In this document: piece by piece, positions 1 through 9,085 of the stretch
How positions within the stretch are numbered: position 1 is the first letter of the stretch
Layout: the number at the start of each line of letters is the position of its first letter
From: a virus
IMG/VR virus record: IMGVR_UViG_3300038679_000131
Location: 34,839 to 98,838 of that record
DNA: 64,000 nucleotides
Reading direction: 5' to 3' (one strand)
Made by a program: the position numbers and the translations under genes
Notes under the pieces: model-generated
What the model was told of the DNA's origin: nothing
Database searches by the model: none
Seen by the model: the letters and a program-made list of their open reading frames with translations, nothing else

Positions 1-744
1 AGAATGCTTTTTCCCTAAGAAACCCTGACCATTTCCAGTTTTTCTTCCTAACCATTTCTGTTTTGTTTCTTCAGAATGAGTCTTACCATAAAAAGGATTT
101 TTTTCTCCTGAATTATTTAATCTCATCTTCTTCTTTGTTTCTTCACTATGCTTCATACCAAGAGTTTTAGCTTTCCCTTTTCCAGCTTTAGAAATCTTTT
201 CTCTTGTTTCATCTGATACTTTTCTACCTGTGTTTATTAATCTATGATGTTCTTTTTCTTCTTCAGTCCAAGTTCTTCCAACCTTTGCTCGATATTTTGG
301 ATTATTCATAGGATTTTTAGTTCCTAATTTTTGTTCACTAAGTTTCTTCCTTATTTCCTTTGTAAAAACTAATCCAGTTAATCCTCCTCCCCCATCAGTT
401 AAATTAGTTAATATTCCGGTTCCAATATCTATCCTTCCATAAGAAGAAATAAAGGAAATTTCTATTTCAAATGCCTTTTGTTCAGTTAGATTGTCAAAAA
501 TAACATCCACAATAAAATCTAATCCCTTACTCCATAATTCATGAATAATAGAAATTCTCAATACTTTTTTATTAAGAGAAGTAAGTGTATTTTTAGCTTG
601 TTTTCTATGCATTAATTTTCTATCTTTTACTCCTTTTCCTATATAAAAAGGCTGAAACTTCCCCGGATCTAAAGGATCTTCTTTATCTGGTCTACGAAGA
701 AAATAAACATAATAGTCTGTTTTACGTTTTTTTAAACGAGACAT
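1..744 (-). CDS. GIY-YIG-like homing endonuclease with NUMOD3 repeats (3' end runs off window; not in ORF track)
   Basis: Manual translation from ATG at 744: MSRLKKRKTDYYVYFLRRPD...PFYIGKG...AFEIEISFISSYGR...LTNLTDGGGG, followed by HSEETKKKM and NPFYGKTHSEETK repeats. Confidence 0.8.
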   Translation of the reverse strand, partial: MSRLKKRKTDYYVYFLRRPDKEDPLDPGKFQPFYIGKGVKDRKLMHRKQAKNTLTSLNKKVLRISIIHELWSKGLDFIVDVIFDNLTEQKAFEIEISFISSYGRIDIGTGILTNLTDGGGGLTGLVFTKEIRKKLSEQKLGTKNPMNNPKYRAKVGRTWTEEEKEHHRLINTGRKVSDETREKISKAGKGKAKTLGMKHSEETKKKMRLNNSGEKNPFYGKTHSEETKQKWLGRKTGNGQGFLGKKHS

Positions 745-859
745 ATAACTTTATCTTCATTTCTCCCTACTGGCTTTGAGATTGAGAGGGTAAAAAGATT
801 AAAAGCGATAGACATATAATCCATTTTTTCATTCGTGCTGGCGGTGGGTGCCAGCCCTA

Positions 860-1084
860 CTACAGTTGAGAGTTATCATGTTTTTCCTCCTTCGGTAAAG
901 TTACAAAACCTTGTTCTACACCAAGACTTATTACCACATGATGAATATCATAAAGCAGCATCGCAGTCGCTTTATGAGAGCACATTTGTAATGGTTCATG
1001 CCAGATTGCACAAAGTTGCTTTGAACAAGTTTTCCCGAAATTGTTATTAACTGGTGCTGTATATGGGCAACGGATAATAGACAT
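860..1084 (-). CDS. Small Cys/His-containing hypothetical protein
   Basis: Abuts the upstream glycosyltransferase on the same strand; no recognised motif. Confidence 0.45.
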   Translation of the reverse strand: MSIIRCPYTAPVNNNFGKTCSKQLCAIWHEPLQMCSHKATAMLLYDIHHVVISLGVEQGFVTLPKEEKHDNSQL

Positions 1085-1085
1085 A

Positions 1086-2138
1086 TTATTTCTCCATCAT
1101 AATTTTTACCATATTTTCAATAGCATTTTTACCTAAATTAGTAAAAAATTGTTGTTGATAAAAGAAATTATCTTCATTTCTTTCATTCCAGTTTTCCCAT
1201 CTTTCGATCCTAAGTCTTACCATTTCAACTAATTCTTCATAGGTATCATAACGAAATTCATTTGCATAAAGTTCTTTATAACTGAGTCTGTTTGGAACAA
1301 CGGGAACACAGCCACAAAGAACAGATTCAATCATGGCAATTCCGTAAGTTTCTTGCAAGGCACAAGATATAGAAATCTTGGATTTATTAAGTACGTTGTA
1401 ATACTCTTGTTTAGTTTTGCAAATTTCCTTAGTGCTTACTAAAGACCATTTAAAATTACTTTCAAACTCAGTTCTTAACTTGCTAAAAATTTCTGGTTGT
1501 TTTTCTGGATCAAGGCGATGAGGGAAAACAATAATATTTTCTTTATAAGTAGTTGGTTTTATAAACTCAGGATAAATAGGTAAACCTGTAACATGAATTT
1601 TGTTTGTTAATTCATTGTTATGTCCTTGGTACTCAAAAAAACCTTTTCGTTGATTTAAAATCAATTCCTTATGAAATTCTGTAGCAACAAATATTCCATC
1701 ATAGATTCTAAACCAACATCTTTCAAGATGTCCTCCCCAGTTTCTCATTCCTCTCTGAGTGATAAAATCGTAAGGGTCATACGTCCCGGCGTGCATTATT
1801 GCAAAAATCTTAAATTTTAAGCCTAAAGCATTCCTAATGTAAGCTAACATTTCTATTCCAGGAAACCAGCCATCGGCTATTAAAAAAGAATCATTGTCTT
1901 GGACTTCTCCATTTTCAAACATTCTACAAATTGATTGTAATTGTGTGGATTTATAGTAATTTGTTCCAATAACATCTAGAAAGGATCCTTGTCTTATCTT
2001 ATCAGTTAAAGGAACACCTGTTGCTAAAAAAGTATAAGGGATTTTTAATCTTTCAAATTCTGTTTGAAACCAATTCCACCATTGCATAGAATATCGTTCT
2101 TCAAGGGGCTCTATAGGGACAAAGATGATTCTTCTCAT
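1086..2138 (-). CDS. GT-B (GT4-like) glycosyltransferase, probably DNA-base modifying
   Basis: C-terminal QETYGIAMIESVLCGCVPVVPNRLSYKE motif and FPHRLDPEKQP; lies in the folE/queD/queE cluster. Confidence 0.8.
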   Translation of the reverse strand: MRRIIFVPIEPLEERYSMQWWNWFQTEFERLKIPYTFLATGVPLTDKIRQGSFLDVIGTNYYKSTQLQSICRMFENGEVQDNDSFLIADGWFPGIEMLAYIRNALGLKFKIFAIMHAGTYDPYDFITQRGMRNWGGHLERCWFRIYDGIFVATEFHKELILNQRKGFFEYQGHNNELTNKIHVTGLPIYPEFIKPTTYKENIIVFPHRLDPEKQPEIFSKLRTEFESNFKWSLVSTKEICKTKQEYYNVLNKSKISISCALQETYGIAMIESVLCGCVPVVPNRLSYKELYANEFRYDTYEELVEMVRLRIERWENWNERNEDNFFYQQQFFTNLGKNAIENMVKIMMEK

Positions 2139-2371
2139 GGAACATATCCCCCAGCCTTCCCTCTTGGCATAGCATTTTTCTTAGGGGTAAATTCCTCAAT
2201 TTCTTTTTCTATTTCTTTTAAGACAATTTCTTTCAAAGCAGCACGGGCTTTATCCATATCATAATCTTCATTTACAAGGACTTCTTCACTGTAATCTACT
2301 CTGATGGACTCGAAATTGCCTATATTTAGGGTTCGACCGAGACTATATTTAATTCTGCGTTCAGAAAACAT
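2135..2371 (-). CDS. Conserved small phage protein (TxNxGNFESxRVD type); start reassigned to ATG 2371
   Basis: MFSERRIKYSLGRTLNIGNFESIRVDY, preceded by AGGAGG RBS. Confidence 0.6.
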   Translation of the reverse strand: MFSERRIKYSLGRTLNIGNFESIRVDYSEEVLVNEDYDMDKARAALKEIVLKEIEKEIEEFTPKKNAMPRGKAGGYVP

Positions 2372-2786
2372 TTTCAATCCTCCTTCTTTTATGAGATTCA
2401 CTAATTTTCCTTTTATGTTCCTCTGTGAACTTTTTTCCTTTTTTATGGATTCTCTCATGCTTTATACGAAGAACATAATCTAAATTGGAAAGAAAATTGT
2501 TAGTTTTTATTTCATCTTTGTGATGGCCACAATAACCTTTAGGGCATTCTCCTACAAAGGTTTTTAATACTAATCTATGAATAAGTTTATATTTTCTCTT
2601 TACTTCATCGTCTTTTCTTATCATTACAAAAAAATATCCCATATTGTTTAGTACAGGATTTAAAATCCTACCTGAATAAGTTCCATAACCAGAAGATATC
2701 CTTTTGATTCTTCCCATGTTACTTATTGCATAGTTTGAATATCCAGGAATATCTTTCCAAATTTCTTCTCTCTTTTTAAGTCTCAT
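2361..2786 (-). CDS. NUMOD4-HNH homing endonuclease with NUMOD3 tail
   Basis: EIWKDIPGYSNYAISNMGRIK; HRLVLKTFVG...HHKDEIKTNNFLSNL; FTEEHKRKISES. Confidence 0.85.
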   Translation of the reverse strand: MRLKKREEIWKDIPGYSNYAISNMGRIKRISSGYGTYSGRILNPVLNNMGYFFVMIRKDDEVKRKYKLIHRLVLKTFVGECPKGYCGHHKDEIKTNNFLSNLDYVLRIKHERIHKKGKKFTEEHKRKISESHKRRRIENVF

Positions 2787-3733
2787 CTATTTTTCCTAAT
2801 AGAATTAAAAAACAAATTCCAATGTAACAGAACAGGTGATCGTGCTGTGCATTTCATGCATAAATCAGGTAAATGAATGAATCCTTTACTATGTTGATTC
2901 CTTAACTTCTTTACTTTTTCTCCATTCCAAATTTCTTCAAGAGATTGCTCATATAAATTCCCATATACATTTCCTTCGTTGTCTCCCCAAGCGAAGCAAC
3001 AAGAAGAAACATTGCCGTTACTTTGTACTGAAACCGATAGCCAGGGATTTAAACAGATTCCAATATTGTTGTTTTCTTCTGGTTTAAGTCTGTCTCCAGA
3101 ACGATGCAAAATGCAGCAATCAGGAATAGAACGGATATTTATTCTTTTAAAGACGTTTCCCATTCTACACATTAGAAAATTTTCAAGAATGGTTTTCTCT
3201 TTTTCCCAACCTTTCAATTCAATAAACTGAAAATCAATCGGGATTCTCCTCTCTGCAAAATAAAAAGCAGTATGGAGTAGCTGTTCTAAGTATGTATCAG
3301 GATCATCAAACTTACTTCCTTTGCGAATTTCATTTCTCTTGGTAATAGAATCAACAGAAATAGTAATATAATCTAAGTCTTTACAAGAATCTAACAGTTT
3401 TGGAAATAAGTCTCCGTGTGTGCTTAATCCAACTAATATTCCTTGACTTTTCAGAAGTTCTATCATAATAGGAACATCGGGATTAAGAAGGGGCTCACCA
3501 GACATCTGAAGTTCTATAAAATAACTTCCTTCTAAGTCTCCTCTCTTTATCATGGTCTTTAGCAAATCAATGTCAAACATTTTTCTTTTATCTTCACGAT
3601 GATAATATTTTCTAGGACACATTTTACAATCATGGTCACAATGAGAGGACGCCTCTATTTGATAGATTTCAGGCAGTTTTACTTTGAAAGGAGGAGGAAA
3701 TTTAGGCATTAAAAACCTCTTTTGGTTGTTCAT
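2783..3733 (-). CDS. Radical SAM protein with SPASM/twitch domain
   Basis: CDHDCKMC (CxxxCxxC), SGEPLL, and C-terminal CLNPW...GNVSSCC...GNL...SLEEIWNG...CMKC. Confidence 0.85.
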   Translation of the reverse strand: MNNQKRFLMPKFPPPFKVKLPEIYQIEASSHCDHDCKMCPRKYYHREDKRKMFDIDLLKTMIKRGDLEGSYFIELQMSGEPLLNPDVPIMIELLKSQGILVGLSTHGDLFPKLLDSCKDLDYITISVDSITKRNEIRKGSKFDDPDTYLEQLLHTAFYFAERRIPIDFQFIELKGWEKEKTILENFLMCRMGNVFKRINIRSIPDCCILHRSGDRLKPEENNNIGICLNPWLSVSVQSNGNVSSCCFAWGDNEGNVYGNLYEQSLEEIWNGEKVKKLRNQHSKGFIHLPDLCMKCTARSPVLLHWNLFFNSIRKNR

Positions 3734-3959
3734 TACCTATAACAGAAATTATAAGTTTTTTAAGTAAATCTACTGACAGTTCCTCGTCGTCAGAAGCGAG
3801 ACTGGCTACATAGGCTATAGCTGTGAAGGCTATATTTTCCATATATTTATTAGTTTCCTTCTCGTTTTTGACCTGGTCTAGCCGGGTGCTGTAGGTCATA
3901 AAGATTTGCTCGCTTTTTCCCATCGGTCGGACACACAAGAGGTCCTTTTGGAAGTCCAC
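3702..3959 (-). CDS. Hypothetical protein (start uncertain)
   Basis: Fills the operon gap; overlaps 3850..4083. Confidence 0.35.
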   Translation of the reverse strand: MDFQKDLLCVRPMGKSEQIFMTYSTRLDQVKNEKETNKYMENIAFTAIAYVASLASDDEELSVDLLKKLIISVIGNEQPKEVFNA

Positions 3960-4083
3960 AATGTTTTGCAGTATATGGCAGTCTTAAATAAACACAAAGA
4001 CCTTCAATTGATTTATCTGGATGGATTTTAAATTGGCAAATCTTATTCAAAATAAACCTCACTGCCATTTTCTTCATCTTCAA
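3850..4083 (-). CDS. Small Cys-containing hypothetical protein (start uncertain)
   Basis: Operon context only. Confidence 0.35.
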   Translation of the reverse strand: MKMKKMAVRFILNKICQFKIHPDKSIEGLCVYLRLPYTAKHCGLPKGPLVCPTDGKKRANLYDLQHPARPGQKREGN

Positions 4084-4390
4084 AAACTGAAACCATATAA
4101 ACTGGAAACATAGGAGTAAGATACATTCCTATCTCTTTAGCAAGCATTTCACATGAGGTACTTTTTAAATCAAGTGGAAAAAGTTTTAAGTATTCTTCCA
4201 GTTCTCTTTTCACTCGGATAAATTCAAGTTCTCTATCATCATGGGAGACTTCAATTTTAAGGGTGACATGAAAAATATGTCGGTGAGGCCAACGTAAAAA
4301 AGAAACGTCATCATGAGGGCATTTATCCCAAGAATGAATACCCTCAAATTGAGACTTGACAACTATCAAAGTTTTAAATGGTCTTCTCAT
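4043..4390 (-). CDS. QueD/PTPS-like T-fold protein (divergent paralog); start reassigned to ATG 4390
   Basis: FEGIHSW...PHRHIFHV...DRELEF...SCEMLA...VSVFEDEENG matches the His-triad and terminal Glu layout of PTPS/QueD; directly downstream of folE. Confidence 0.65.
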   Translation of the reverse strand: MRRPFKTLIVVKSQFEGIHSWDKCPHDDVSFLRWPHRHIFHVTLKIEVSHDDRELEFIRVKRELEEYLKLFPLDLKSTSCEMLAKEIGMYLTPMFPVYMVSVFEDEENGSEVYFE

Positions 4391-4391
4391 T

Positions 4392-4955
4392 TTATCTCCG
4401 ACTATGTGCCAATAATTGAAAAAATTCTTCCCTAGTTGAAGCACTATCCATAAATGCTCCCGCCATTACTGAAGTTATTACAGGACTTAAACTCTTTACT
4501 CCCCTACATCTGATACAGTTGTGTATTCCTTTCACAACAACCGCCACCCCTTTAGCTTTAATAATTTTTATGAAAGCATTAGCAATTTGTTGGGTATAGG
4601 TTTCTTGCAAAATTGCTTGTTTTGACAATAACTGAGCCAGCCTAATAATTTTTGATAGTCCGATTACTTTGTTAAGTTCTTCTCCTGGAATATAAGCAAT
4701 GGTTGAATCATATTCTACTGGCAATAGGTGATGAGGACAAATCGAATGAGAAATAATATCTGAAACAAAAATAATTCCTGAATAGTCTGTTGGAAATGCT
4801 TTTGAAAAAATCTGGTCTAAACCTTCTTGAATTTTTTGTGGAGACAGAATCATTTCGTCAAATGCTTTCCTTACTCTTTCAGGTGTATCTCTGAAATTTG
4901 GATCTTTTAAATTGATTCCTAACTTGGCAAGCATACTTGTGATAGCTAATTCCAT
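4392..4955 (-). CDS. folE: GTP cyclohydrolase I
   Basis: DTPERV, SICPHHLLP, GLSKIIRL, QE, HNCIRCRGV, TREEF. Confidence 0.95.
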   Translation of the reverse strand: MELAITSMLAKLGINLKDPNFRDTPERVRKAFDEMILSPQKIQEGLDQIFSKAFPTDYSGIIFVSDIISHSICPHHLLPVEYDSTIAYIPGEELNKVIGLSKIIRLAQLLSKQAILQETYTQQIANAFIKIIKAKGVAVVVKGIHNCIRCRGVKSLSPVITSVMAGAFMDSASTREEFFQLLAHSRR

Positions 4956-5486
4956 TTATTTTTCCTCTTTCCATCTTCGTTTAGCAGAATCACTCAATTT
5001 TTGTTTATGTTCCTCTGAGAAAATCCTTCCTTTACATGATTTACTTATTTTCCTTTTCCATTCTTCAGTAATAATTCTTCCTTTTAGTGTAATACTCATT
5101 TTTTGTTTGGATTCTTTTGAAAGAATCTTTCCTGTTTTATGTTTTGTTATATGTTCTCCATTATAAACCCATTCTAAATTAGATAGAAAATTACTTGTTT
5201 TTATTTCATTTTTGTGATGACCACAACATCCTTCAGGACAAGGACCTACAAAAGTTTCAAGGACTAATCTATGGATTTTACAATTATTTTTTTCTTCTCC
5301 ATTTTTTCTTAAAACCAAAATGAAGTAACCATTATGATTAATATAAGGTTTTAAAATTTTTCCTTCTCTTGTTCCTCCTTTTCCACATTTCCAAGGAGTA
5401 ACTCTTTTCACCCTTCCCCAATCAGATACTTCATAGTCAGTATAAATTGGGTGTATCTTCCATATTTCACGTTTTAATCTACCCAT
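4956..5486 (-). CDS. NUMOD4-HNH homing endonuclease with NUMOD3 repeats
   Basis: EIWKIHPIYTDYEVSDWGRVK; HRLVLETFVG...HHKNEIKTSNFLSNLEW; SEEHKQKLS repeats. Confidence 0.85.
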   Translation of the reverse strand: MGRLKREIWKIHPIYTDYEVSDWGRVKRVTPWKCGKGGTREGKILKPYINHNGYFILVLRKNGEEKNNCKIHRLVLETFVGPCPEGCCGHHKNEIKTSNFLSNLEWVYNGEHITKHKTGKILSKESKQKMSITLKGRIITEEWKRKISKSCKGRIFSEEHKQKLSDSAKRRWKEEK

Positions 5487-5504
5487 TTTTTGTCTTTTAA
5501 AAAT

Positions 5505-5548
5505 TCAAAAGGCACTTGCGGGAGAGAGAACTTTCAAGTGCCTTTTGA
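5505..5548 (-). terminator. 14-bp stem-loop, probable terminator or processing site after the Lys-rich gene
   Basis: TCAAAAGGCACTTG...CAAGTGCCTTTTGA, followed by ATTTTT on the minus strand. Confidence 0.6.
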
Positions 5549-5582
5549 GGTTGAAGGTTAATAAGAAACAGGCTGGGTTCAG

Positions 5583-6344
5583 TTATTGCGCCGCCTCTGC
5601 TTCCCCAGCTACAGGAACATCCTTTCCTTCTTCTTCAGTTGGAACAGTTTCAGCCTTCTTGGCTTTCTTAGCCTTTTTGATTTCTTTATCTTCCTTTTCC
5701 AACTTTGCACCCTTTGGAACAGGAACAGGCTTAGGATTAGGAGAAGCTTTAAAAATCTCTACAAAAATATCAGAGTAAATCCGACCTGCCCTAATCATAC
5801 CATAAGCATGATCACCTAACCCCGCATCCACATAAACCTGAGAAAGTTTCTCTTTGATTTCTTTTTCTTTTTCTTTAACCTGTTCTAGATTCATTTCACC
5901 AAAGAGATTACGGCACATTGGTTTCATGCCCACACCACCCAATTTTGGCTTCATAGCCCTTGCAACTTTCTCTTTCTTGGGCTTTGGTTCTTTCGGAACT
6001 TTTTCTTTCTTCACTTTCTCAGCTTTTTCCTTTTTGGGCTTCTTAGCTTTTTTAGGATCAGCATCTTCAGGAGAACCAACAATTTTCGCTCCGTCTACTA
6101 GAGCGGATTGAATATTAACCAACATATCAGAAAGGGTGTTTTCTTCTTCGGAATCAGGCTCAACTTTATCCAGATTAGCTAAGAAATCTTCTTTCATCTG
6201 AAGAACAGTTTTACCTTCTACAAACTCAATTCCCCTTTCTGCACAAACAATTAGAAAATCATTCCAGGAAACTGCCAATTCTTTAGCAGGTTCAGGAACT
6301 TCTTCTCCCATTGCCGCCGCCACTGCGATTTCTGCTTCTGTCAT
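5583..6344 (-). CDS. Lys/Glu-rich protein with histone-H1-like linkers, probably nucleic-acid binding
   Basis: KKAKKPKKEKAEKVKKEKVPKEPKPKKEK; has its own promoter (6386-6412), AGGAGG RBS and downstream hairpin. Confidence 0.7.
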   Translation of the reverse strand: MTEAEIAVAAAMGEEVPEPAKELAVSWNDFLIVCAERGIEFVEGKTVLQMKEDFLANLDKVEPDSEEENTLSDMLVNIQSALVDGAKIVGSPEDADPKKAKKPKKEKAEKVKKEKVPKEPKPKKEKVARAMKPKLGGVGMKPMCRNLFGEMNLEQVKEKEKEIKEKLSQVYVDAGLGDHAYGMIRAGRIYSDIFVEIFKASPNPKPVPVPKGAKLEKEDKEIKKAKKAKKAETVPTEEEGKDVPVAGEAEAAQ

Positions 6345-6385
6345 GTTGACCTCCTATCATAATGTGAGTAATTCTTATCTATCAC

Positions 6386-6412
6386 ATTATACGACAATGG
6401 ACGATTTTTAGA
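6386..6412 (-). promoter_or_regulatory. Phage-specific promoter, copy 1 (TCTAAA-N10-TGTCG-TATAAT)
   Basis: Minus strand tctaaa aatcgtccat tgtcg tataat; identical spacing at four loci. Confidence 0.7.
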
Positions 6413-6432
6413 GTCCTAAAAATTAAATTATT

Positions 6433-7158
6433 TTAATTTTTTATTTCTAAAGTTCCTGAAGGGTCTAACCATAATTTATGGAGTTGATAATTAATAATAC
6501 AATTACCTAAGATTTCACTGTCAGAGCGCAAAAGAGCATCTGCTAAATCCTTTATATCAAATTTTCCCCAACAAGGGGAATAAGCAAAACGAGCCCCACA
6601 ATCAGTATTATCTTGAATAGTTCTTTGAATTTCAAAGGCAAATTTTAGATCATTTTCATTTTGGATAACAAATTTAATAAAATCCCTTCCACTAAGATTT
6701 TTAAACGATTCAATCGGCATCATATATTCTTCCATTCCAGAAGAAGGAAGCTTATAATCCACAACCCAACTATCAACATAAGCTTGAATGTTATTTAAGT
6801 TTAGTGGACAAACTAATGGCATACTGCCATTAGTTTCAACAGAAATATTCCAATCCTCTTCACCAAGAGTCTCAACTAATTTCCAAAACTCAAAATATTG
6901 TAAAAGGGGTTCACCACCAGTAATAGTTACTTTTTTAAACTTAGCTTCACTTAAATACCTTTTTTCATATCCTTTTACCCGATTAAGAACTTCTAAAACA
7001 GAAACAGATTCTCCTGATTGAAGACTATTCCATTGTTTCGTGTCACAATAGAAACATCGGAGGTTACAACCAGCAAAACGAATAAACACAGAAGGAGTTC
7101 CTTGACCAAAGAAATTCACTTCTCCGTCGAATCCCATGAACATTTCAGCGAGTCTCAT
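6433..7158 (-). CDS. queE: 7-carboxy-7-deazaguanine synthase (radical SAM)
   Basis: DGEV..QGTPSVFIRFAGCNLRCFYCDT, TGGEPL, VETNG, QLHK. Confidence 0.93.
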   Translation of the reverse strand: MRLAEMFMGFDGEVNFFGQGTPSVFIRFAGCNLRCFYCDTKQWNSLQSGESVSVLEVLNRVKGYEKRYLSEAKFKKVTITGGEPLLQYFEFWKLVETLGEEDWNISVETNGSMPLVCPLNLNNIQAYVDSWVVDYKLPSSGMEEYMMPIESFKNLSGRDFIKFVIQNENDLKFAFEIQRTIQDNTDCGARFAYSPCWGKFDIKDLADALLRSDSEILGNCIINYQLHKLWLDPSGTLEIKN

Positions 7159-7170
7159 TCACTCCTCCTA

Positions 7171-7428
7171 TTAACTTAGAATTACCCATCCTTTTTTAAG
7201 TCCATATATTGGACCAAAAAGAATATAATTAATTTTCATATTCTTTTCTCTACCAGTATAGATAAGGGGTTTTCCATTTTTCATTTCTTCACCAGAATAC
7301 TCAGTTTCTTGAAGTATAATTGAATCTCCTACTTGAAAGTTACGATCATTTAACCTTAATTCATAAGGTTTATCTCCAATATAAGAAGCAATAAATACAT
7401 CTTTGTCTGTCTTTAAAGTATGAACCAT
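7171..7428 (-). CDS. ASCH/PUA-like DUF3850 protein; start reassigned to ATG 7428
   Basis: HTLKT...GDKPYELRLNDRNFQVGDSIILQE...YTGR...GWVILS. Confidence 0.8.
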   Translation of the reverse strand: MVHTLKTDKDVFIASYIGDKPYELRLNDRNFQVGDSIILQETEYSGEEMKNGKPLIYTGREKNMKINYILFGPIYGLKKGWVILS

Positions 7429-7429
7429 T

Positions 7430-7801
7430 TTAGTTTCTCCTCCATTCTGCAAAAGAATTTTCAGTTTCATGTAATTTAATCCTACTAAGAATACAATTAT
7501 GACTAAAAAACTTTCCTTTTAAAAGTACAGCAAAATGACGGACAAGATTCTCAGCAGTAGGTTCAAAATCAGGAAACACATGATTTAAAACTGTATGGTC
7601 AACCTTATTGATAATTTCTGTCTGAATAATTTTTTTCAAATCTGAAAAATCAATAATCATATCACCTTGAAAAGTATCAGTTGCTTTAACTTCTATTTCA
7701 AGTTCAAACCGATGGCCATGCATATTCGCACATTTTCCAGGATGATATGTTAAATAATGACTTGCTTCAAACGTAAACCGTTTACAGACTGTGAGTGACA
7801 T
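7430..7801 (-). CDS. queD: 6-carboxytetrahydropterin synthase; start reassigned to ATG 7801
   Basis: FTFEASH...KCANMHGH...MIIDFSDLK...DHTVLN...PTAENL...LHET. Confidence 0.93.
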   Translation of the reverse strand: MSLTVCKRFTFEASHYLTYHPGKCANMHGHRFELEIEVKATDTFQGDMIIDFSDLKKIIQTEIINKVDHTVLNHVFPDFEPTAENLVRHFAVLLKGKFFSHNCILSRIKLHETENSFAEWRRN

Positions 7802-8021
7802 GATTTCTTTTCCCATTTTTCCCGAATTTTGAAAACGCAATCCCACCTTTAGCTTTCATTTTAATTTCTAATTCAACTATCTTCCTTTGCAAAGTAGATC
7901 GTCCTACCCCTAACTTTTCAGAAATTTCATCTATTGTTAAGTTCTCTTCCCAGTGCATTTTTGAAATCATTTCTTTGACTGAACCGTATCCGTTGTGGAG
8001 TAAATTTTCCCAATATATCAT
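7782..8021 (-). CDS. Small HTH protein (resembles 38498..38737)
   Basis: LTIDEISEKLGVGRSTLQRKI. Confidence 0.65.
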   Translation of the reverse strand: MIYWENLLHNGYGSVKEMISKMHWEENLTIDEISEKLGVGRSTLQRKIVELEIKMKAKGGIAFSKFGKNGKRNHVTHSL

Positions 8022-8491
8022 TCTTCTACCCTCCTTTTTGGAATCTCAACGGGAAGTGGGCAAATCGTAACCATTTCAGGATTACCGGGGATAGTATCTT
8101 TATGCTTATTGCTAAGGCCGAAACCAGCTAACAAACCTTTTCCTTCACACGACATAATAGTATTATACACAAATTTTATTAATTTTTCCCTATCTTTTGG
8201 AATGAACTTTGAACTTTTTGTAGTCCATGCCCTAAACCTAGTAAATCTTGCGTTTACTTCTCCTGAAACAGATGAATTAACTTCTTTCAATTCTTTCTTA
8301 ACCTGCTCTCCAAAATCATTAATCATAACAAATGAACCTGTAACAAACCCTCTCAGAGCTTCAGCAGACCAGTACATAATGTCCGGAACAGAGCAAAATA
8401 TATTTTGTAAAATCTCCTTCGGGTCACAAGTATAAACTGGTTCGTTGTTGATAATAAAACGAGTTCGTAATACTTTGTCCAGTCTTATCAA
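8018..8491 (-). CDS. Hypothetical protein
   Basis: 157-aa ORF with AGGAGGG RBS, operon context. Confidence 0.55.
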   Translation of the reverse strand: MIRLDKVLRTRFIINNEPVYTCDPKEILQNIFCSVPDIMYWSAEALRGFVTGSFVMINDFGEQVKKELKEVNSSVSGEVNARFTRFRAWTTKSSKFIPKDREKLIKFVYNTIMSCEGKGLLAGFGLSNKHKDTIPGNPEMVTICPLPVEIPKRRVEE

Positions 8492-8532
8492 GTAATTGTC
8501 CCTCCTTAAGTAAAAATCAGTTTTATTTTTTA

Positions 8533-8739
8533 TTACCTAGACCCAGACCCAGACCCAGACCTAGACCTAGACCAAGACCAAGACCAAGACCCAGACACAG
8601 ACCAATACCCAGACCTAGACCCAGACCTAGACCTAGACCAAGACCAAGACCCAGACCCAGACCCAGACCAAGACCAAGACCCAGACCTAGACTTAGACCC
8701 TGCAGAATCAAGCCCAATTCTCAAAGTGGTGGCGTTCAT
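8533..8739 (-). CDS. Ser-alternating low-complexity peptide (SW/SG/SR dipeptide repeats)
   Basis: ATGA overlap with the upstream gene; ...SRSGSWSWSGSGSGSWSWSRSRSG... Confidence 0.55.
   Translation of the reverse strand: MNATTLRIGLDSAGSKSRSGSWSWSGSGSGSWSWSRSRSGSRSGYWSVSGSWSWSWSRSRSGSGSGSR
8536..8700. repeat. Tandem hexamer repeat AGACC(C/A/T), about 27 units
   Basis: Directly visible: agaccc agaccc agacct agacca ... Confidence 0.95.
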
Positions 8740-9065
8740 TTTTGATCTCGCGGGGTCACAGAAATTTGGATTGCATCAATAACTGCGCCTCTGCCAACTA
8801 TTACCTGTCCATCTGGAAACGGTTCAACCTCATTGAATTTACCTGTTTTAATTGCATCAGCAAAGCGCCCGGTGTCAGCAATCCAAGCGGCATCTTCTAA
8901 GACTAACTCTTGTGAGGTAACGGCTACTAATCGTCCGGTTTGAATCATAGTTACGGTGCGAATAAGATAGGCTTTACCGATAACCCAAGGTGAATTCTGG
9001 GAGCATTTAAGGAACATTTGAGACAATTCTTTTGCTTCACCAATAGTTAAATCATTTATATTCAT
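8736..9065 (-). CDS. DUF6948-like (Sm-like beta) phage protein
   Basis: IGKAYLIRTVTMIQTGRLV...LVLEDAAWI pattern, a family typically followed by a low-complexity repeat peptide. Confidence 0.6.
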   Translation of the reverse strand: MNINDLTIGEAKELSQMFLKCSQNSPWVIGKAYLIRTVTMIQTGRLVAVTSQELVLEDAAWIADTGRFADAIKTGKFNEVEPFPDGQVIVGRGAVIDAIQISVTPRDQK

Positions 9066-9085
9066 AAATCCTCCTTTCTATTTGT

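Noticed and set aside
8523-8717. ORF encoding a (GL)n repeat
   Set aside because: Alternative frame of the hexamer repeat with a TTG start. The Ser-X frame is ATG-initiated and coupled to the upstream gene.
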